DNA from: Diploschistes diacapsis
Taxonomy: Eukaryota
Reading direction: 5' to 3'
NCBI GenBank assembly: GCA_023645945.1
Contig: JALAIB010000089.1
Span: forward strand, 1 to 34,030
DNA: 34,030 nt
In this document: in pieces, positions 11,497 to 20,429 of the stretch
Numbering within the stretch: position 1 is the first letter of the stretch
How the letters are laid out: each line of letters begins with the position of its first letter
The notes under the pieces: model-generated
Told to the model about the DNA's origin: nothing
Seen by the model: the letters and a program-made list of their open reading frames with translations, nothing else
Databases searched by the model: none
Program-made: the position numbers and the translations under genes

Positions 11497-13898
11497 GACG
11501 GCAGCAGATCGAACCATAGACTAGGCAACACTCATGCGTCGTTGAGAGCTGACGACGCCTTAGAGTGCTTCCACTTAATGACTTACTTTTCTTCCGCATA
11601 GCGAAGGTATAATGTAAGGCTGTCGTTTGACTTGTTTGAAATGCCAAACTTTGCTAAGGTGAACGAAACCTAGAAGACCAGGGGGTGAACCATCACCTAC
11701 CCGATTGAGTAACTCGCTTCGCTAGCGTTGGTGTGCAACGTTGGCGGCATCATTTCTTGGCATGCTGGCGAACTTCTAGCTTTTCAAATCATCGATGCGA
11801 TGTTCGTTACCGAAGTGTTCGTTTGTGGACTGCTCTATACTCCCACTAAAGCTTGAAACCAACTGCAGGTTAAACTAGGGTGCTGTTCTCGATCGCAACC
11901 TTGAAGGCAGTACCTCGTCATAGCCGGCAACAGGCGGCTACCACTATCACAGCAGCTCTCAACCACGACCCCATCAAGCCCCGCGCGTCGCTTGATGGCC
12001 CAACCGCCAACTTTGGACCTCCGCTTGTCTCATTAAGACTACCACTGCTTGCTTAACTGTTCATACTTCCAATCCGATCTTAAAGACCCATGCATACTGG
12101 TCCGCGTCCACAACCTCCTCAGGACAGTGATGCCAAACTCCGGTTCCTAAACACCCAAATCGGCACCACCATGCCGGAAAAGTCACCTTCCACAACCGCC
12201 ACCTGTTCTAACTCCAGGTACTGCACCAGTGAGTCGAGCACCAAGCTACCATTAGGCGGACAAAGCATCGAAATGTAAGAGTTCCGATTTGCGTGAACCG
12301 CACAGCCTCTCCCTCCGAAGGCGTGGCTGCCTAGTACGTCGTGTCAAACCGCCTCCGCATGGCCCTTGATCCCACAACCGCCATGCAAAGGTTCCGCCAT
12401 TCTACGCTCGAGCATTGTCCCGTTCGCCGTGGCCCCCCAGTCCAGCATGAAATTTCCGTTCGGCGTAGGTCTTGTTCGCGCCCAGTTTGCCTCAGCCGGG
12501 AGCAGAGTAGATGGCCCCATTGGATGAAGATGCCGTATTTGGCGTCGTTGTATCATCGAGACTCCCGTGGGCATAGATGCTTTCGTTCGTAGGTAGGTTC
12601 GTAAGGGATAACGCCATATATAGCATTGAAAATGTAAGAGATTTCGACACATGTTCCAAATATTCTGACGGTTGAATCGCTTATGGTCACCTGCAAGATG
12701 CTGCTTGTATTAACAGCAACCTGGATCCTGGCTTAATCACTTGAACGAAGGCTGTTGGTACACCAGGTATGAACGTAGAGAGGCTAGAGACCTCCATAGT
12801 CACTCTGACGCCCCAAGACACGCTGGAGACGGTGCATACGCTTGCGTCAAGGAACACTGAAGGGATAAAACATATCTCGCGTATGCGATTATCATCACAA
12901 TAACTACCACGACAGTCATCGATATCACAATGCGAACAGCAGAGTGCAGAAGCTTCCAGGAAGCTCATTAGATAGATAAGTACCATCAGAACCACCTCGT
13001 GTTTTAAATACTTTTACCTCGCGCTATGTCCAGAAGAAACCGGTGAGCCGGAAGCTTCCCTCCTGCCCTTATGGGGATAGAACTTAGCGAAGAGGATGTA
13101 GGAAGTTGAGGATAGCTCGAAAACACCAAGAAGATCCATCTGAGACGATGATCATGTCCACTAAGGGTAGGCACATTTCGAGCCTGGCCAAACCTCCCTT
13201 TCGAAGATAAGTGGGCGCTTACACACTACTCTGTGGGCCTCAAGTTATCGTTAGGCATCCAGCATTACTCAATGAAAGGACCTCACGCACGTGATAGGAA
13301 AGGAGAAGAGCTTCACGTTTCGGATATCCGACGAGACATGAAAGGAATACTTTAAGTGAAACGAGATAGCCTCTACGTAGCAGAAATTGACATTCCAAAT
13401 TTGTAATGACGGTTTGCGAGTGTCTTTACTTGAAGCATCTCCTCTAAAACCCATTCTTGTCTCTTTCTTCTTCTTTTCCTTTTGGACGTGGAGGATGCTG
13501 TTGGTCTATCTACACAACATGTCAGCGATTCAACGCATTAGCTACCAGGCTGCCGCTGCAGATTTTGGGATACCTAAAGCATTAGGCTTTCGTTCTCTTG
13601 GATGGATTAGCACACAGCGCGACATTTAATTCTTGAAGCCACGACACGAATTCGACACGGAGCCACAAAGTATGGATACGTATGGCACTTAGGTAGCGCT
13701 TGGTTGCCTAATATCTCATAATGTATAGTGGTGGTAGCTTGCCGGTTACTGCACGTACATACATACATACAACGCGCGCCTGTAAATACCGGGACTCTGA
13801 GTTACTGCCATATTTATTTAACGGATTCTGCCAGCTGGATATCATTCTCTTCAATACCAGAAACATACCTCTGTGCCCATTGTTCTTCTCAGCCTACA

Positions 13899-15506
13899 AT
13901 GTCTCCATCTGCTGAAAGGCCGCTCCAGGATAAGAGCGTGGCACAGCTTGTCCATATGCTCAATGAAAAATGCCTGGAGAAAAACAGGCTTGGTCCATAT
14001 GGGGGGTCCCACCAATACGACGAGGGCAAGGAAATGCCATCCACCTTCCTGAAAGAGCCAGCTAGCGAAAGCGCCATTGAGAAGCTCCAGCGTGAAGTCA
14101 GAGCTGAACCTCACAACTTTATCCATGGCCTGCCACACGATTATGTTGAGTTCTTACGCACAACTGATGGCATCTACCGTGATGACAGTGACGCTGACAG
14201 CACTGAATTATTCCGGCCTATTTCTAAGGCCAAATTGGAGGAAGACGACACTTGCTTAGAGATGCTGCGGGATGATCTGTCCGACTTGGACGACCAAATC
14301 ACATGGCCAGTGGAGTCCTGGGCGCTTCAGCTTGGAGCGGGTGGTGACGAGGGCCTGCACTACTTGATGGCTCCGGCAGCCACGAAGCAGATAATTGGGG
14401 GTCTGCGGGAGGCTTACAACAAAGCAATTAAGAAAAAGAAAAAGAAAATTAAACAGTGGGCGACAGAGACAGGTGGTAGTCTAAAACAGTTACTCCGAAC
14501 GAAATACCTCATCGTAAGGATGTATCATTGGGCTGCCAAGGTAGAACTGTTCTCAAGCTTCAAACACTTGTTAGAAGACTTCGTTGAAGGCATGGACGAA
14601 AGGCAGAAAGAAATTGACAGCTCAGAAGACTACGAAAACGGTGAGGGAATGGCAGTAGATAATGGTGAACAGGGCCACGAGGAACCGGCAAACAGCCATC
14701 AAGCGAGCGACGATCGCTGCAAGACAGTTTTAGAAGCCAACTCCGACGTGCTCGAGGGCCTAACATTTTTCAGGGCCGGCACCCTGGTCTCTTTGACCCA
14801 GAAAACCTTCAAAACCACCGTCGAGCAACACGGGGGATCGGTCATCATCAATCTCGAGAAAGCGGACTACATTGTCCTCGGTGCGAGGGGCGGGCCCAAG
14901 ACGCTCGACATCATCAAAGACAAGGGCCTAACCACCATTTCCGAAGAAAGATTCTACCAACTACTCGAGGGTAATCAGCCAACTACTGGGACACAGAGCA
15001 ATCTCGCCAAAACAACTACTACAGCCATTCCCTTAAAGAGCGGAGGCACACGTAAGACGCAACTAAAAGGCAAGCCGGACGCGTTCAAGGGCATGGCAAT
15101 GCTATTTGCGGGGACGCTACACTCAGTAACCTTGGAGACGGCGGAGAAAACGGCCGAGGCACATGGCGCGAAGATCAGCAAGAAGTTAACAGACGCGGAT
15201 TTGGTCGTCCTCGGGGCAAGGCCGGGGCCGAAGAGGCTGAAGGAGATCCAGGAAAATGGATTGCAGACGTGCTCGGAGGATGAGTTCCTAGAATTGCTTA
15301 AGAACGGTGCTAATGGTGAGGAAGAGGGGAAGGAGGAGGAAGAGGGGAAGGAGGAGGAAGAGGGGAAGGAGGAGGAGGAGGAGGAGGAAGAGGAGAAGGA
15401 GGAGGAAGAGGAGAAGGAGCAGAAAAGACCTGCTCACAGGAAGAGAAGCGCAAGCACCACAAGCCTGGATAACACTAGGACAAGGAAAGCAAAGAAAATT
15501 GGCTGA
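13899..15506 (+). CDS. Intronless protein with an N-terminal SMI1/KNR4 (SUKH)-like domain, two RFC1-type BRCT domains, an acidic tract and a basic NLS-like tail
   Basis: First ATG is at 13899 within the 592-codon ORF. PASESAIEKLQREV...LPHDYVEFLRTTDG fits SMI1/KNR4. LEGLTFFRAGTL...HGG...ADYIVLGARGGPKTL...ISEERFYQLL and FKGMAMLFAGTL...HGA...ADLVVLGARPGPKRL...SEDEFLELL fit BRCT. Confidence 0.8.
   Translation: MSPSAERPLQDKSVAQLVHMLNEKCLEKNRLGPYGGSHQYDEGKEMPSTFLKEPASESAIEKLQREVRAEPHNFIHGLPHDYVEFLRTTDGIYRDDSDADSTELFRPISKAKLEEDDTCLEMLRDDLSDLDDQITWPVESWALQLGAGGDEGLHYLMAPAATKQIIGGLREAYNKAIKKKKKKIKQWATETGGSLKQLLRTKYLIVRMYHWAAKVELFSSFKHLLEDFVEGMDERQKEIDSSEDYENGEGMAVDNGEQGHEEPANSHQASDDRCKTVLEANSDVLEGLTFFRAGTLVSLTQKTFKTTVEQHGGSVIINLEKADYIVLGARGGPKTLDIIKDKGLTTISEERFYQLLEGNQPTTGTQSNLAKTTTTAIPLKSGGTRKTQLKGKPDAFKGMAMLFAGTLHSVTLETAEKTAEAHGAKISKKLTDADLVVLGARPGPKRLKEIQENGLQTCSEDEFLELLKNGANGEEEGKEEEEGKEEEEGKEEEEEEEEEKEEEEEKEQKRPAHRKRSASTTSLDNTRTRKAKKIG
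15318..15420 (+). repeat. GAG/GAA-rich coding low-complexity repeat (EEEGKE units, poly-Glu)
   Basis: Direct 18-bp repeats GAGGAAGAGGGGAAGGAG followed by (GAG)n. Confidence 0.9.
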
Positions 15507-16986
15507 ATGGAGCCTTGGCGCAGTGAAAGTCATGTTTGCTTGCATGCTGAGTTCGGCGCACTTATTCCATGCGCAGTTTGAAATGGCTTACATTGAATTT
15601 AGATGCTACGAGCGAGTTCGTTGCTACTATGGCAAAGCCCTGGGCTGTAGAAGCATCTAATCAATAAGCTTTGAAGCGCAGTAAATATTCACATGCTAAT
15701 CCAAAATGCTACTCGTGTCAACTCCTATATTGCTAGTAGGGCCGAGATGTACGTTCCTAGCCCCCTTCGACGAACTAGGATGATTGCCACCCTACCGTTG
15801 GGCGAACGCGTTATGGGTCAATGCATACACGTGGGCACGATACCTGCTTAAGCCCTCAGCATCCGACCTACCAGTTGTCAAAGCACTCGAAGCTTTCCCA
15901 GGAAGTCGACAGCCACGGGTTCCACCAACTGATGTGTGCTAATATGATACCCCACGTGTCAACCTCAAGCACATATGGTAATTCCAGCAGGCCTCTCCTA
16001 CCTTTTGCCCAAGCACCATGAGCAGCCCAGATTTGGTCCTATTTCCACCTACTAAGAAAGTATATGGCATCAGCTGGAACTCTATATGCGTAGTCGAAGG
16101 CGACGTTGCGTTCATGAGAACGGACTGACCACTGTCTAGGATTTGAGAAAGGTTGAATGCGGCCCCTATTTACCTATGCGCTCTATCAAGCCGAGTCGGT
16201 TGCTCTATACGAGCCGCGGGAGAAGATGGAGAGTGCAATACTTCATTGGTGTAGGGCTCTGGCGGGATAAGGAACATGTTCCCGTCGCCAGGATGCCTCA
16301 GGTTCTTCCATGGCTTTTACCATCACGATCTACCTCTAGTCGTAGAGATTGGGGTGAACAAGAGATATTGTTTCAGGGAATCCTGAGTAGGCAAGAGCAC
16401 CATCTGAGAAAGCGTCAACAAGTTTGGGGTGCCAGTAAATGCAATCAACAGTCGGGAGCATGGACTCTAACAAGAAGATCTGCTAAAGGCAGAGACTCCC
16501 TGCTATTTTTCCCTACGGAAGTCCCGAAATTATCCCCTGTAAGGAACGGGCCGATATCTCGCACAAATCAAACGTCCGAATTATGCTTTGCCTTATGCTC
16601 GGCAACGTCAAGTTTGAGATGGCAAGCTATCGACATGCAAAGAAGCAGCAATTACAACTTCAATGACCATGATTCAGACTGGTTGACAAACTGCTCTTGA
16701 GGCCACTTTACTATAGGAGCTGGCATTATGTATCTCGATGATCAATGGTTATTGGTCAGGTAAAGAATCAACTCGATCCAAACTTTGAGATTGTTTGAAT
16801 ACTCGACTGCGCACAACAGCTACTCCTAAACAAATCGCCCGATTCTTGATCGCTCTTTCATTCCTATAAACCTATCATCGACTACCATCTCCACATATAT
16901 AATGGCCTGCATGCCATTCGTGGATCAGCCAGCAATTGATTCCTTCTAGCTATCATCGCTGGGTCGGCGATTTCTTTCGTCTTGAC

Positions 16987-17741
16987 TTAGGCGGCGAAGT
17001 CCCGGGAAACCATGTCACGCGCTGCCATATCGCGAGCGGCAACGTCGCGGGCTGCAAAGTCGCGAGCAGCTAGGTGACGGGCAGCGATGTCGCGGTGAGG
17101 AAGGTCGCGAGCGACCATATCACGAGAGGCGAGATCACGGGGGATCGTGTCACGGGCAGCCATATCACGAGCAGCAACATCGCGGGAGGCAACATCGCGG
17201 GCAGCCATATCACGAGCAGCAACATCGCGGGAGGCAACATCGCGGGCGGCAACATCGCGGGCGGCAACATCGCGGGCGGCAACATCGCGGGCGGCAACAT
17301 CGCGGGCGGCAACATCGCGGGCGGCAACATCGCGGGAGGCGAGATCGCGAGCAGCCAAGTCACGGGTTGCCATATCACGAGAGGCGAGGTCGCGAGAAGC
17401 AAGGTCGCGGGAAGCGCTGTCTCCGGACGCAAGATCGCGAGCAGCGAGGTCCCTGGATGCTAGATCACGGGTCGCCATATCGCGCAGAGCAACATCCCTC
17501 GAAGCGAAGTCACGAGCAGCAAGATCGCGAGCGGTCAAGTCCCCAGATGCTAGGTCCCGGGAAGCCATGTCGCGGGAGGCCATGTCTCTAGCAGCAACAT
17601 CCCGGCCGGCAACATCTCGCTACCTCCAGGTTAGCTTTTTGGTACCTCTCAGTGACCAGGGTTCTGTTGACAAACCTTAGTTGGGGCGGCGATGGCTGCG
17701 CTCGCACCAGCGACGACTACCAATGCCTGGAGGAAATGCAT
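16987..17741 (-). CDS. Secreted tandem-repeat precursor peptide (Kex2-processed repeat protein; candidate RiPP precursor), 232 aa with 42 D-hydrophobic-x-x-R units
   Basis: Exon 1, 17741-17676, encodes [22 protein letters not shown] (signal peptide). A 56-nt intron 17675-17620 has GTTTGT...GCTAAC...TAG. Exon 2, 17619-16987, encodes [16 protein letters not shown]...[13 protein letters not shown]. D and R are conserved across varied synonymous codons. The gene is adjacent to a DUF3328 gene. Confidence 0.88.
16990..17616. repeat. 15-bp-unit coding minisatellite (~42 units)
   Basis: Period-15 array. It has six identical copies of GCGGGCGGCAACATC at 17242-17331 and a 45-bp duplication at 17152-17196/17197-17241 with one mismatch. 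Confidence 0.95.
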
Positions 17742-18874
17742 ATTGGAAGTTGAGATAGCCTTCGAAAATCTAATGGAATTGCGTTGATGGCCTGAAGGAG
17801 TCTGAATCGAGAGTCAGTCTGATGTGAGAAGCTGAGCCGTGCCTGATGAAAGAGATTGGGGGAAGTTTGAGACCTTCTTATACTCGACGAACGCCCCCAA
17901 AGTCCTACATTCTAATAGATGCCAAGGCCTTATCGTTTCTCCCTCCTAAGACAAGCGAGTCTGATCCTGCTCCCTCTAGCTATAGCCTTTCTTGGTCTAC
18001 CGGGGTTGAAATTGATCATCCCGTACTTTCCAAGTCAACCGGTTGCCACCACACCACACGCGTGTTCTGACTAAACGGCCATGCAGGGCCCATGAATCTT
18101 ACAAACCGGAAATTCAGCACCCAACGGAGAGTATTCCCTTACATACTAAGGGCTGGGCATCAATCAAGTTTGGATCTATCTAAAGGAGGTGTATGAGATG
18201 GCATGCTCCATATCCACTTTCTTTGCGGAACCCTAAAACAAGCGTCTGATCAACGCAACCTATCGCAACACCCAACGAGCACTTTGGAGATGATATTGGA
18301 TGCTGGATCATCCAAATTCTGCTTTGATCAACAGGTTATTACTGCACACTGTATCCTTTTTGGCAACCAGCGCCCTTGAAGAAAGAATAATCAACAGATC
18401 CAATCAGCTCGAACACTCATAGTCTTGCGGGGTTTAGCCCCAACAGCTTGCAGAGCTAAGAATTATAATGTATAGGCTCTGTAAACAATCCGCGGAAGTA
18501 GTTTCGTGTTGACGAGGGAGCTTCAGGCTGCGTTACCTACTAATAAATTTACAACAAACAGTAGTGTGCACACTGCAGGGTCTGGTACACCACGGCTACT
18601 GGTTGAAGCGGTCAACAACTTTTAGTACAGAAAGGTACATTTGCAGCGCTGTATTTACAAGCCTATTGGGGGTCTTGTTTGCATTGCTCTGTTCTCCTCA
18701 AGTGCGAATCTTGATAATTCTATTTTTTCTTCTCGGTGATACCAAAAGGCTGTAGGTATTCGGGCCTCTTTCTCCTATATTTCACTTCATTCAAGGACAA
18801 TACAAGCTATCCGTTTAACATTTGACATAGTGACAATAATAAAGAAAGAAGTCTTTTGTTCAAGGAAAACTAGT

Positions 18875-20110
18875 ATGGCTCCTGCATGGATGAAGTCCTC
18901 TCCTTCGTCGCCCAGGTACTCCAAGCTGGACCCAGAAGGAACATTCCTTCCAGCGGACGAGGAGAGAGCAGGCTACCTCACATCAGAGACGGGGAAAGCT
19001 TCAAGGTGGTCACGGCCGGCTTTCTTGAGAACTGTCCCTTGGCTTTTTACGGCGGGCTTCGCCGCCCTTTACCTATCCACCTTTGCGACTCGGACAGCAG
19101 AAAGTCAATGGGGTACTTTCAGCGGCGGGTTGAAGACCGAGTTCCGTAAGCAGAGTTTGTTGTTACATACGTGCATTCCTAATGATGGTCTTTCAGAGCC
19201 CGCCATGCCGCACATCGAGCTTGAACTGCGGCGCTTTACAAGCGGTGTCCTCTTCACTCCTGCCGGAGAACCCTACCGTACGAAGTACCCGGGCAAGCCC
19301 GAGTACGTAGGGCCACCCAGTCCAGAGGTAGACGCCAACTGGGAGAAACTTATTGGTTGTAAGTATCCCGTCAATATATGGCTTTGTTCCAGTCAAGCCG
19401 CGTCTAATCATTGTCACAAACCTCCAGCGCGCTACTTCAGCGTGACGGACGAAGAAGCAGAGCAGATCGCCGACAAGGAGAACAAGAAGACCTGGGATAA
19501 GCACGCAGACTGGGGGTTTCTGAGCGGGTATACTACCCCAGTTATTCACATCGCTTCCACTAGCTGACCATGCAAAGCTTCGACGTCCTGCATTCACTTC
19601 ACTGCGTGGTACGAGCCATAACCTCTCTTCTCTTTATTCTCAAACTACAGAACGCTGACCCAGAAGAACAGAACATGGTCCGCAAAGGCCTCGACGGTGA
19701 CTACTACTACCCCGAGAAGGACCTGTACGAGCACCACTCGCGCAACCATCTAGGTACTTCTGCTATCCCGTTCCCTCATCTCCTGAATGTACCTCGCTTA
19801 CTCTTCTGCCACGCGTACAGATCACTGCCTGGACCACCTCCGCCAGTCCACCATGTGCCACGGAGACCTCACGCCTCTGACGACGGTATACTGGCCACAG
19901 ATAGACGCCTCGTTCGCGCATAGCGAGCAGTGGCACGTCTGTCGTAAATATGAGCCCATCCGCGAGTACACCACCAGCCGTTTCAATGGTAGCGAGGCAG
20001 TAGTCCCGCTGAGCTTCCAGCGGCTGACAGCCGGCCATGGCCAGGGCAGGCTTGCCGAGGGTGGGCACTGTCCGGGTTGCTTGCCGGACATGCCTGGCGC
20101 TGCAAAGTAG
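18875..20110 (+). CDS. DUF3328 / UstYa-family (HxxHC) membrane-anchored oxidase
   Basis: Exons 18875-19145, 19197-19358, 19428-19527, 19578-19608, 19672-19753 and 19821-20110. TM segment (VPWLFTAGFAALYLSTF), then YVGPPSPEVDANWEKL, FDVLHSLHCVNMVRK, NHLDHCLDHLRQSTMCHGDLTP and HVCRKYEPI. These are the hallmark motifs, including both HxxHC. Confidence 0.95.
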
Positions 20111-20404
20111 GAGTGATGGAGGGGTTCGGGGATCGGGCGACAGGGGTGTGCAGATTTCCAAGGAGGGTGGAGATTGGAGAAGAAAGAGGGGTGAGGTAGA
20201 AAATCATCAGCCAGCCAATTGTGCATGTACGAGTAAGCTAGGACCTCACAAACAACCCAAAGAAAAGGAAGCGAGAATGATCAAAACTGTCTCGATTCAA
20301 AGCATACCATACATACTTCTCCGCGGCCTAGGGTATATTGTGTCCGTCCGCGCTCGGGCGCATAATGAGCCTTCTGCAGGCTGCACCCCAACGCAGAGGG
20401 CCCC

Positions 20405-20429
20405 ATGCAATGCAATGCAATGCAATGCA
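20405..20429. repeat. (ATGCA)n pentanucleotide microsatellite
   Basis: atgcaatgcaatgcaatgcaatgca is visible directly. Confidence 0.8.

Noticed and set aside
15288..15660. Arg-rich protamine-like ORF and Leu-rich antisense ORF
   Set aside because: These are frame-shifted or antisense readings of the poly-Glu repeat of the SMI1-BRCT gene.
16143..16700. 185-aa ORF between the BRCT gene and the precursor
   Set aside because: It starts at a non-ATG codon and shows no recognisable motif or coding-like composition.
16990..17616. CRISPR array or non-coding satellite
   Set aside because: There are no unique spacers, the context is eukaryotic, and the repeat keeps codon phase.
16987..17619. Classical pentapeptide-repeat (A-D/N-L-x-x, Qnr/MfpA-like) beta-helix protein
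   Set aside because: The position before D should be a small inward-facing residue but is Arg here. A signal peptide, KR site and DUF3328 neighbour favour a processed precursor. A structural or amyloid role is not fully excluded.
17070..17680. Alternative-frame repeat ORFs (AATSR, NIAGG and PPAML arrays)
   Set aside because: These are shadow frames of a GC-rich 15-bp repeat. Only the minus-strand DxxxR frame spans the whole array, joins a signal-peptide exon through a canonical intron, and shows synonymous-type variation.
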